A stretch of 33,708 bases of DNA. It comes from an uncultured Salinivenus sp. (GTDB lineage: Bacteria; Bacteroidota; Rhodothermia; Rhodothermales; Salinibacteraceae). A program made the translations under genes and the position numbers. A model generated the notes under the pieces. The model was not told where the DNA came from. It saw only the letters and a program-made list of their open reading frames with translations, and did no database searches. Of this stretch, positions 8,701-16,928 are shown piece by piece (position 1 is the first letter of the stretch; every line of letters starts with the position of its first letter). The stretch spans positions 1 through 33,708 of the forward strand of contig CAZSBW010000001.1 of assembly GCA_964604815.1 (NCBI GenBank), in the 5' to 3' direction.

Positions 8701-11700
8701 CCACTCACGCGGAGCTCGTTGACCCAGAGCTCCACGTTCTGCAGTTCTTCAGGCGTCTCCTCCGCGTGACGGAGACCAATGGCGATCGTGTTAATCTGAT
8801 TGAGGGAGGGGGTGCCCCGAATTTTTAGCGTCGTGCCGTCCGGCGCAAACTCGGTGACGTTCAGATCCACCTCGTTGCTCGTAAACGTGCTATCGAGCGG
8901 AAAGCCGAACTGGGTGCGCGCCGTTTTGAGCTGCGACAGGGCACTGAGGACCAGGTTCATCTCATTCTCCTCGAGCCAGGGCGTCCTTACCCCCTCTGTG
9001 CCCGGCACGTTGCTCGGTTTGAGGGGCTGCTCGTACTCGTAGTAGTTATCGGTCTCACTGGAGCCGAGCCGAACGAACATGCGCAGGTTCTTGCGAATGT
9101 TCTCCTTTTCCTGCGGGTTGTTCGAGGACCCGTGCACGTGGGTGTACATCCGCAGGTTCGAATACTTGAGGAGGTCGATCCCCTGCTGGAAGGTTTTGAA
9201 GACGCCGCGCTGCTGGCCGGGCTCGAGCTTATCGACGTTGAGGAGGAGAGACTGCTCTCGATTTTGCTGCTGCGGCCCTCGGTTGGTGCGGTTGCGGCTC
9301 ACGACGGCCCCGACGGGAGGGGTGTAGCCCGGATCCTCCTCGTTGTTGATGCTGGCAACGCGGAGCTCTCCCTCTCCCACCTCCATGAGGTCGTTTCTGC
9401 GCTCGACCGGCTGTTGAGCCACGTCCGGAGAGGTGCGCCACTGGCTCCCCACCAGCTCCATGGAGGCGAAGCGCATTGTCACCGGAGCCTCGTGTCCCTT
9501 CGTCCACAGGCGGATCGACTCAATGCGGTTGAAATCCTGAAGGTTACCGACCTTCTTCGTAAACGACCGGACGGGAATGCGTACCTTGTACCAGTTCGAT
9601 CCCTGCCGGCCGGCCCGGCTCACGACGTAATCGGTAGGGCCGGCGTCGGTGTCGGCGCGAGTCTCCAGCGAGTCGAGTGGAATCGCATACTGGTAATAGT
9701 TATTGTTGAAATTGACGTTGCCTCCCGTTCCGTCGAGGTCTTCCGTATCCGGCTTTCCGGTGAGTCCCCGTCGGAGGGAGACGTTTTCGGCGAGGCGGTT
9801 TTGCGGCTCGAAGCCGTTGAGTTCGTAGCCGGCGTAGTAGCGACTGAGGCGCTGCTGGGCCGTGGGGCGGTCGGGGAAGAACTTCTCCTCGTTGAAGTAG
9901 CGGTCGTTCTCGTAGTGGTGGTAGTCGTCGGCCGAGGGATCGTCCTTGATGCGCGCCACCTCGGCTTCCAATCGTTCGCGCTGGGCGGAGGACAACCCCA
10001 GGTTCGCATTCAGAAGGCTGTCCGCCTGTCCCACGAAGTCGGAATAGAAGTTTCGTTCCTGCAGTTCGTCTGCGTAGGATCCGTCCGTATAAGAAACGAG
10101 CCCGTCGAGCCCCAGGTCTTCGGTTTTGTTGTCTCGAATCTCGATGGCGTCGATCTCACTTCCCCCAATGGCGAGGCGGCTCAGTTCACCGAGGTCGCTC
10201 TCATTGAAGTTGAAGGAGAGTCCCTTTTCCGTATTAAGCTGCTCGTTGGGGATTACGTCTTCGGAGATGGTGCCGAGGTCGACAAAGAGCTTGGATCCAT
10301 CGGTAATTTGCCCGTCTTGGGGGTATACCTTCACGATGAACTCGACGAACTCGACGTTTTGCCTCGAAAAGTCCACGTAGCCTTCGGGCACGGGGCGGAC
10401 GACACCGCCCCACACGCGCCTCGGGTTGCGGATGAAGTCGGCGAGATCGGTTGTGTAGTTGTACGGTCCGCGTGTCCAGGGATTGAAGTGGAAGTCCAGG
10501 GTTTGGAGGGTGGGATTGGCTGATCCGCGTGTGTCCCGGTTTGGGAAGACCTCCTGGACGTTCAGAATCTCGGTGGCCTCCGGATTGCTCGGTTGAGCGG
10601 CCTTGCCCTGCAGGTTTTCCTTGATTTGCTGGGTGAGCCGGTACCATCCGAGGTTCCCCCGCCAGAAGGTGCGGGCGAGGTCGTCGTCGTTTCCGGGGAC
10701 GTCGCCGTCGAGGTTGGAGCGAGGGGCGATGGAGTCCGGGGCGGCGCTCACCTGCCAGGCATTGAGCCGTTCGCGCAGGGAGAAGGTGTTTTCAAATCCT
10801 TCGAAGTCGTCGAGGTAGGAGACACCGTTTCTCTCGTCCGACTCGTAGCTGTCTAGGTCGCTCGACTCCACTTCCTCCAGGGTCTGCTCGAAGGCCTCTG
10901 TCTGAGTGTGCCCGGGTCGGAGCTGGGCAAACTCGCCGGAGAGGGACACCGAGCTCTCCGTCCGCGTCTCCACGAGCGGCAGCGCGTCGACAGCCTGGGT
11001 GAGCCAGCGGGGTTCCAGCTTCATCGAGCCATCGACGCCCCAGATGGTGTTTTGAACGGGCTCTTCGCCAACGCGGTACTTGTCGACGGGAGAATCCTCG
11101 CTCAGGCGCATGAGGGTGGCGCCGAGCGCAAACTGATCCTGCATGCTCCAATCGGCCCGAGCGCCGAGCAGCGTCTTCTTCTGCAGGTTTGCAATGCTTT
11201 GCTGCTCGTAGGAGATATTGATGTTCCGCCCGTCGCTCAAATAACTGTTGTTCGTGATGTTGACGGTGCCGCTCTGGTAGTCGACCACATAGTCGGTGCC
11301 CTCTTGCAGCGTTTGCCCCCCCGAGGTGACCTCTACCGATCCGTCGACGAGCCCAGTGAACGCCTTCAGGTCGTAAAATCCTTTAGCCTCTCCCTTGTAC
11401 GACCCCTTCATCTGGTAGACGTTCTTCTCCTGGTTTTCCGTCTCGGCGTTGGATTTCTTCTTTTGGTAGAGCTCGGGGAAGGCAAACGGGGTGGCGTCCG
11501 AGCGATCTCCGTTGTTCGCGGCCACTTCGAAGATGCGTTCGCCGAACGGCTGAAGGTACGGAAAGTAAAGCAGGCCCTGTTCGGAACTGACCGTCAGTCC
11601 CTCCAGAAAGTCGAACTCGTTGTCCGGGTTAGGAGCTCCGCTCTGATCGACGCGGTCGAGCCCAAGCATCTGGAGGAGCGACTGCTGGCCCGCGATCTCG

Positions 11701-13640
11701 GGAAGACTTGTTTGGGTGCCCTGCCCCGGCTTGCTGTATTCGATGTCGAATTCGAACGACTCCCCGTCGAAGCCCCGCCCTCCTAATTGGTAGACGTTCC
11801 GCATTTGCAAAAACCAGGCGGGAGTAACATTCTCCGTATCGGTGCCCGGAGCGACGGAGTTGGAGGGGCGAAGCAGCTTGAGGACGAGGCGGTCTCCAGT
11901 GACGCCGCCGCTGGACCCGCCCTGGTCGCCCGAAAAGTCCCCAATCTCGCGTACGTTCCCGCCGGCCCGGTATTCGAAGGCCACGGCGAGAGCCTCATTG
12001 GACCGGAGGCGTTGCGTGAGAGACAAGAAGCCGAGCCGGCTGTCCAGGCGGTAGTCTTCTCCTCTTCGCAGCTTTTCGAATTCGGCACTCTCAAAGTCCT
12101 GCGACTGGAGCGGCTGGTCCAGGTTGGCAGCCGATTCGACGTAGGTGGATACGCTCGTCGTATCGCCGTTCCGGAGAATGTTGAGGTCGCTCTCGGTATA
12201 CTGGTCCCGGTTCGGGGCCGGTAGCTCGGGCGTGGTGTACTCGTCGGCCTTGCGTAGAAGTTCGGGGGACTCTCCGAGGTCCACGACCGCGGCGACATTC
12301 TTCGTATTCCGGTCTTCATTGCCGCTCGTCGTATTTTTCGATTTCCATACCTCGATGCTCGTAATTTCGCTGAAGCGGTCGAAGAGGGTGAGGGTGGAGG
12401 GGTCCTGATGGGCGCGGTTCCAGTTGTTGCGGAAGTAGTAGCCGAGGAAGAAGTGCTTGTCCTCGTCGTAGTCGGTCGGCTTCAGGTCGAATTCCGTCGT
12501 TTCGGCCCCGCCTTCGATCGAGAGGCTGTTGGACTGCCCCTCCTGCTGGCTTGCAATGGTGGTGAGGGTGAGATTTCCGAACTGAAAGGTGCTCTTGATG
12601 CCGAAGAGGCTTTGGCCGCCGCTAATGAGCCGGGAGGGCGTTTCAAGGAACACGTTACCGGCCTCCACGCTCTGAATGATTTCGTCCTCGTAGCCGGTGT
12701 ACTCCAGCTTCACCTGGTTCTGGAAGTCGAACTGACTCTGAGTGTCCCAGTCGACGTTGATCTTCATTTTGTCTCCGATCGTCCCTGTGATGCCGAGCCG
12801 TAGGTCCTGTTTGAAGCTCGGATCGAGTTGAGTGGCATCGCCCGTTCGTGCGCCTTGTTGGTCGTTTTTGCTGTACTTAAACCCTGCGTTAATGTTGGCC
12901 TGCCCGTTCACGCGGAGGTCCACCTCCGGCTTGCCGAAAATGGTGGTGAAGGCACTCTCGCGACCGCCGGGCACTTGCATGCTGACACCGAGTCCGCCGC
13001 GCTGCTGCTGTTGTTGCCGACGCCGCTCGACCAACTCGGTCCAATTCTGCTTCAGATTGGCCCGGTAGCTCTCGCGCCGATACGTTGCCATGCCGAGACG
13101 CATCGGGCCGGGGGCATGCGGCAGATCAGTGAGCGTGTAGTGCGTACCGCTGGAGTCGAGACGAATGGATTGGGCCGACGCGGTGGCCGATCGCGGACCC
13201 CGAAAAGGAGAACTCGATTCGAAGAGGCCGTCGGTTCGACGCGGGGACGAAGGCAGGTACCGGTCGACGAGCCCCGTGTCGGGGGGCGCGGACGCCGTAC
13301 CGTCGGATTGCCCGATGGGCGTATTGGGCTCCGTCCCGAGGCTGTCGAGGTCCGGAGTGGAGAGGGGGCGAGCCCGTTTCCCCTCGATTTTACGATGGTC
13401 TGCGTCGACCGGATTGGGGCTGACGACGGTCGTGTCGGACTGCGACGAATCCGGGGACGTCTGGGGGCGCTCCTGGGCGCGTGCCGGACTGGGCTCCACG
13501 CTTGCGAGTAGGCACCACGATAGCAGGAGGAGCATGCAGGCCCGTTCAATCCCACGACCGTGTGGAGGAAGATCTCCCTCTGGACGGAGGGTACAGTATG
13601 AACGTGCGGTCGAGACCAACGGCACCACAAATTCGACCAA
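5727..13640 (-). CDS. sprA: Type IX secretion system outer-membrane translocon SprA
   Basis: About 2600 aa; motifs TGTIGDKMKINVDWDTQSQFDFQNQVKLEYTGYEDEIIQSVEAGNV, QSLFGIK, DLGTISEDVIPN, DPSADDYHHY, LWVNELR, QFQPLIGVD; alternating C-terminal beta-strand. Exact start uncertain (TTG 13640 or ATG 13535). Confidence 0.93.
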   Translation of the reverse strand: MVEFVVPLVSTARSYCTLRPEGDLPPHGRGIERACMLLLLSWCLLASVEPSPARAQERPQTSPDSSQSDTTVVSPNPVDADHRKIEGKRARPLSTPDLDSLGTEPNTPIGQSDGTASAPPDTGLVDRYLPSSPRRTDGLFESSSPFRGPRSATASAQSIRLDSSGTHYTLTDLPHAPGPMRLGMATYRRESYRANLKQNWTELVERRRQQQQQRGGLGVSMQVPGGRESAFTTIFGKPEVDLRVNGQANINAGFKYSKNDQQGARTGDATQLDPSFKQDLRLGITGTIGDKMKINVDWDTQSQFDFQNQVKLEYTGYEDEIIQSVEAGNVFLETPSRLISGGQSLFGIKSTFQFGNLTLTTIASQQEGQSNSLSIEGGAETTEFDLKPTDYDEDKHFFLGYYFRNNWNRAHQDPSTLTLFDRFSEITSIEVWKSKNTTSGNEDRNTKNVAAVVDLGESPELLRKADEYTTPELPAPNRDQYTESDLNILRNGDTTSVSTYVESAANLDQPLQSQDFESAEFEKLRRGEDYRLDSRLGFLSLTQRLRSNEALAVAFEYRAGGNVREIGDFSGDQGGSSGGVTGDRLVLKLLRPSNSVAPGTDTENVTPAWFLQMRNVYQLGGRGFDGESFEFDIEYSKPGQGTQTSLPEIAGQQSLLQMLGLDRVDQSGAPNPDNEFDFLEGLTVSSEQGLLYFPYLQPFGERIFEVAANNGDRSDATPFAFPELYQKKKSNAETENQEKNVYQMKGSYKGEAKGFYDLKAFTGLVDGSVEVTSGGQTLQEGTDYVVDYQSGTVNITNNSYLSDGRNINISYEQQSIANLQKKTLLGARADWSMQDQFALGATLMRLSEDSPVDKYRVGEEPVQNTIWGVDGSMKLEPRWLTQAVDALPLVETRTESSVSLSGEFAQLRPGHTQTEAFEQTLEEVESSDLDSYESDERNGVSYLDDFEGFENTFSLRERLNAWQVSAAPDSIAPRSNLDGDVPGNDDDLARTFWRGNLGWYRLTQQIKENLQGKAAQPSNPEATEILNVQEVFPNRDTRGSANPTLQTLDFHFNPWTRGPYNYTTDLADFIRNPRRVWGGVVRPVPEGYVDFSRQNVEFVEFIVKVYPQDGQITDGSKLFVDLGTISEDVIPNEQLNTEKGLSFNFNESDLGELSRLAIGGSEIDAIEIRDNKTEDLGLDGLVSYTDGSYADELQERNFYSDFVGQADSLLNANLGLSSAQRERLEAEVARIKDDPSADDYHHYENDRYFNEEKFFPDRPTAQQRLSRYYAGYELNGFEPQNRLAENVSLRRGLTGKPDTEDLDGTGGNVNFNNNYYQYAIPLDSLETRADTDAGPTDYVVSRAGRQGSNWYKVRIPVRSFTKKVGNLQDFNRIESIRLWTKGHEAPVTMRFASMELVGSQWRTSPDVAQQPVERRNDLMEVGEGELRVASINNEEDPGYTPPVGAVVSRNRTNRGPQQQNREQSLLLNVDKLEPGQQRGVFKTFQQGIDLLKYSNLRMYTHVHGSSNNPQEKENIRKNLRMFVRLGSSETDNYYEYEQPLKPSNVPGTEGVRTPWLEENEMNLVLSALSQLKTARTQFGFPLDSTFTSNEVDLNVTEFAPDGTTLKIRGTPSLNQINTIAIGLRHAEETPEELQNVELWVNELRVSGYDERNGWATTSSANVSLADLATLQGSFQRKTDGFGSLSSTLDERKQSDNTSWSARAEVNLDALLPKRQGWNIPVTMQVQSNLNEPRFDPQRGDVRVQEVQDQFDIIPTDTLRTRFGDQYSDQSPDQIRETLKDSVKRASQSYSLQRTVTANLSKSGSESWWMEKTVDASSLNFSYLTRTARSPQLVVDEKWRWSGSFDYQLNFGQARTVTPLGFFPDVPVLGGLGDIEFNYVPTSLSFSASADRGVTTKRDRPTRIQPSSENRQPPRIAKPFRENQNFSHNRTFSLQYDPFSFLSLGYDSNTQQTLNDLSGRTQQNLIFGEGSVVGRTELTDVDTSAFFRNPQSFIDLPDDVTADSLRDALGTTVFVEERLRTKSEGEVLRSVFLGDASPRTESYQQRFSSTLRLGITDRKWLNWVDLQDISYQASFNWQNGSKGSLQGASVQNNVTLRTGVSLKPNKVWERFGFFERMKQAQREAQQDTDDGRSGASSEPEGQSGDADSQSDEDEASGGGVSWDDVPLPSPVGVLRRLALTVMDIDDITINYNGKQSARSSNVGRPVRDTTAGRITDVNTSYSLLDALRGDGAPLGYRLGLQRSIDPESKRVFPEGQNVTDNLTNQHQFDARTALTPSSSLNIDLNWSVSWQNQPQIEFQRPRSENGPPANADNAPSSVERVRRESGNTSASIWAFGSYKAFFERQLATLESAAATPGQSLAERQVPLTKPSVTADFRDAYLTSGLTVGGHGFTPLPLPGWTVRYSGLSDWPLIKRVTENVSLNHGYNATYDTNFDSNSRAGDTTSVTAVGQTFQRVEADFKPQSAQIQAQFQPLIGVDITWPWDLQTSLQWNQSTTTALRGVDGVREKKTGEFSGRVSYSKRGLSLPFFPRIENRIRIEVSFTRSVSDERTYNLNSALQEAANANFDYDPADALKGDNVDLRKTTRLTVSPKISYSVSDRVTADFSLTYEKFSGNNTAQSSYTNVNGTFNLTVSFSQN

Positions 13641-14286
13641 ACCTAACTAGAAGGGCTCCGCTCAAGCACTGGTCGTCACGGAAGCAACAGCCAGAGCGAC
13701 GGAAGCGTGCGAATCCGTAGCAATTGAGTGCCGATACGCAGTCGAACGTTTGGACGTCATCGAGCGAATAGAGGCGAGAGTCTTCTTTCAGAACCCAGCA
13801 TCGGGGCGGGATCCGTCTCCCTTCATACGGAGCCCATCCGATCATGTCTGAATGCCGGAGAAGAGGCTCCTCTCGAATGGGCAGAGGTTTACCTAAGCGT
13901 TCCAACGTAAAATGTTGAACGCTAGGAGGAGGGATGTCCAGTTATCCAGGGAAGCATTCTTCCTTCGCAGGCAGACATTTCGAACTGGACACGATATCAA
14001 ACGAACGTGAGGCGCGCGTTCTCCGAATCACAGTCGACATATTCGACAGGCGGGGGCGCAGTTCCAACGCGTTCACCGGAAGGGGCCTGTGACAAACGCG
14101 AGGGCGCGTTTCGGGTCGAGTCCCTTCGGTCGGCAGTTGGCATCCGCCCCCCAGACGCAGTTTGCCGGTCGGTCCAGTTTTCTCATCGGCTCCGACCGGG
14201 CACGATCTCGGTTGGCTGTCGCGTTCGCCTCAGCGATGCTGGGAGCAATGGGGGCTCGTCTATCGAGTGGAAAGGGGACCGACGCA

Positions 14287-15489
14287 CTACGCGTGCTCGC
14301 CTTCAAGGGGCTCCTTCGTGGTCACGTCCCGGAAATCGTCGTGCCATTCGTGACGAATGTCGAGCCCACGTTCGGACACCTCGCTGAGGAAACGGTCGCG
14401 CGGCAGGACGTTTTCGGGGACGTCGGCCCCGCCGCCGGACACCGATTGCTCACGGGCGAGGAGCAAGGCGGCCACGATGGTAGGGACGGCCGTGCAGCGC
14501 ATCATGGCCGTCTGATGAGTGGCCTCGTTGTAGCGTTCGACCATCTCGTACACGATTGTTGCAGGCTGCCCGTCGCGCTCCCCCTGCACAACGACGCGCA
14601 TGAGCACCGCGTCTTCGTAGTCCCCCCCGAGCCGATCACGCATGCGGCGGACGAGGATGTCTCGATACGTGAGGTGAGTGCGTACGCCAATCTTGCGATC
14701 CTCACCGAGCCCCAGTCCCATGATAAAGCGCATCTGCTGCGCGTGTCCCGGCCAGCGGATGGTTTTGTGGTCAAGGGCGTCCACCTCCCCGGCCAACATG
14801 TCCGTGAGCGTCGAGAGTCCGCCTTGCGTACAGAAGGCCTCCATGTGCTCGAACGGCGCCTCGTCGAAGTGAATCTCCTCGTCGTGCGAGAGGGCATCCA
14901 CTTCGACGACGCGCCCATCTTTGATGAGCTGGGCGGGATTGGTGTAATCGTCGATGATGCGCTCGGCCGACCACGAAATTCGGAAGTTGAACGGCGGCTC
15001 CGGGTGGAGGGGAACGTCGCCGACGCGCAGGTGCGCCGCCTTAGCCCAGTCGAGTTGGTCGATGGCGTGCAGGCAGAGGATGTTGACGAGGCCGGGTGCG
15101 AGGCCGCAGTTGGGCACGATCCACACGGACTTCTCTCGGGCCTGCTCGTCGAGACTCAGCTCTTGATTCACAAACTGGTCCTTCCCCCCGAGGTCGCAGA
15201 AGTGCACCCCAGAATTGAGGCACAGTTCGGCCAGGTCGGGATTTAGCTCCGCCGGCACGCAGCTAATGACGCAGTCGCTCCCCTGCACGATTTGAGAAAG
15301 CACATTCATGTCGCGAGCGTCGACCTGGAAGGAGCGCAGGGAGGGACTGTCGACGTGGTCGTGCAGTCGTTGAAGGGCCTGCGAGCGTGTGTCGCAGATC
15401 TGCACCTGGGTCACTTCTTCGCTTCGCTTGCAGAGCTCGCGCACAACGGCGGCCCCGATGGATCCCGCACCAATAACCGTAATTTTCAT
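14287..15489 (-). CDS. Saccharopine dehydrogenase family protein (lysine 6-dehydrogenase-like)
   Basis: ATG 15489 MKITVIGAGSIG (Rossmann fold), DLGG, CGLAPG, WS, EAFCTQGGLSTL, KTIRWPGH, TAMMRCTA motifs. Confidence 0.85.
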   Translation of the reverse strand: MKITVIGAGSIGAAVVRELCKRSEEVTQVQICDTRSQALQRLHDHVDSPSLRSFQVDARDMNVLSQIVQGSDCVISCVPAELNPDLAELCLNSGVHFCDLGGKDQFVNQELSLDEQAREKSVWIVPNCGLAPGLVNILCLHAIDQLDWAKAAHLRVGDVPLHPEPPFNFRISWSAERIIDDYTNPAQLIKDGRVVEVDALSHDEEIHFDEAPFEHMEAFCTQGGLSTLTDMLAGEVDALDHKTIRWPGHAQQMRFIMGLGLGEDRKIGVRTHLTYRDILVRRMRDRLGGDYEDAVLMRVVVQGERDGQPATIVYEMVERYNEATHQTAMMRCTAVPTIVAALLLAREQSVSGGGADVPENVLPRDRFLSEVSERGLDIRHEWHDDFRDVTTKEPLEGEHA

Positions 15490-15556
15490 CAATTCGGTGT
15501 GAGTCTTCAGTAGGAGGAAGCAGCGGAAGGGGAGCGAATGCGAGCGGAACGGGCGA

Positions 15557-16270
15557 CTACTCCTCGACGTCCCCGCGTCCTTCGAGCGCACGCGAGAGCG
15601 TGGCTTCGTCGGCGTACTCGAGGTCGCCGCCGATGGGAAGGCCACGCGCGATCCGGGTGACGCTCACGTCAAAGGAGTCCAGGAGCTGAGAAATGTAGTA
15701 CGCCGTCGTGTCGCCTTCCACGTTGGGATTGACGGCCAGGATGACCTCGTCGACCCGGGGCGCGTTGGCGTCGTCTGTCGTTTCCGGGGGCTGGCCGTTC
15801 TGGGGGGGATCCGTGTCGTCGGGCGATGCGTCCTCGTTTGCCGGGTCCGCTGCCGTGTCTTCGAACGACGGATCGATGCGCGTCGCGAGCTCGTGGACGC
15901 GGAGATCGTCCGGGCCCACGCCGTCGAGTGGGGAGATTACGCCGCCGAGCACGTGGTACACGCCCCGATATTCGCCCGTGCGCTCAATGGCGAGCAGGTC
16001 GCTCGACTCCTCGACAACACAAATGGTAGAGGCATCCCGCTTTTCGGACTCGCAGATGGGGCAGGGGTCCTGGTCGGCAACCACGTAGCACGTGGTGCAC
16101 CGCTGAACCTGCTCCTTCACGGCCATCAGCGCGTCGGCGATGGCTTCCACCTCCTCTTGCGGCATCTTCAACACATAGTTGGCGAGCCGCCGCGCCGTCT
16201 TGGTCCCGATGGTGGGCAGCTTCGAGAACTGCTCGACCAGGGCTTCGACGGATTCCGAGGTAAACTGCAT
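15557..16270 (-). CDS. recR: Recombination protein RecR
   Basis: Hh[15 protein letters not shown]4 zinc finger CTTC...[55 protein letters not shown]; canonical dnaX-ybaB-recR order. Confidence 0.96.
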   Translation of the reverse strand: MQFTSESVEALVEQFSKLPTIGTKTARRLANYVLKMPQEEVEAIADALMAVKEQVQRCTTCYVVADQDPCPICESEKRDASTICVVEESSDLLAIERTGEYRGVYHVLGGVISPLDGVGPDDLRVHELATRIDPSFEDTAADPANEDASPDDTDPPQNGQPPETTDDANAPRVDEVILAVNPNVEGDTTAYYISQLLDSFDVSVTRIARGLPIGGDLEYADEATLSRALEGRGDVEE

Positions 16271-16392
16271 CGGCGTGCGAGGTTTGGCGTTCGGAGTTCG
16301 GAACGTGGAGTGTGGAGAGGGGCTTCTTCTCACCTGTAGGTGCCGGGGCTCTGCGGGGAACCTTTGTTCCACATCCTACACTCCCCATCCCC
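16271..16392. repeat. Inverted arrays of degenerate 7-bp tandem repeats
   Basis: 16271-16319: cggcgtg cgaggtt tggcgtt cggagtt cggaacg tggagtg tggagag; 16365-16392: tgttcca catccta cactccc catcccc (reverse complements tggaaca, taggatg, gggagtg, ggggatg). Confidence 0.65.
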
Positions 16393-16397
16393 ATTCG

Positions 16398-16748
16398 CTA
16401 GAGGCCGAGTTGGCTCAGGTCCATGCCGGGAGGGAGCATGCCGCCCATCGAGTTTTTCATTTCTTCTTGTGCCATCTCGGAGGCGTCCTCGATGGCCTTG
16501 TTCACGCCCGCAATAATCAAGTCCTCAAGCAGCTCCAGATCGTCTGGGTCGACGGCTTCCGGGTCAATCTCAATTCCCGTAATCTTCTGATTGCCGTTGG
16601 CAGTGACCGTCACCATGCCGCCGCCAGCCTCGGCGGTTACGGTTTTTTCCGCCAGTCCTTCCTGGGCGGCGTTCATCTTTTCCTGCATCTCCATCATCTT
16701 GCCGAGCATGTCCTGCATGTTCATGCCTCCGGGTCCCTGATTAGCCAT
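16398..16748 (-). CDS. ybaB: YbaB/EbfC family nucleoid-associated protein
   Basis: MQDMLGKMMEMQEKM...EAGGGMVTVTANG...IDPE...LEDLIIAGVNKA; lies between dnaX and recR. Confidence 0.95.
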   Translation of the reverse strand: MANQGPGGMNMQDMLGKMMEMQEKMNAAQEGLAEKTVTAEAGGGMVTVTANGNQKITGIEIDPEAVDPDDLELLEDLIIAGVNKAIEDASEMAQEEMKNSMGGMLPPGMDLSQLGL

Positions 16749-16928
16749 AAGTTTAGGGGAATCTCGTGTAAAAGAGTCGCGGTGTGAAGGTCCCTCCTCC
16801 CTGCGTCGTGGGCACAGGTGGCCCGGCGGGGGAGAGGGCAAGCGTAGTGTCTCCGGTACAACGTACGAAGCGACGGCGCGATCCCTCTCGGGCGTGCCTC
16901 GATGCAGTGGGGGAACGGGGAGCTCGGC

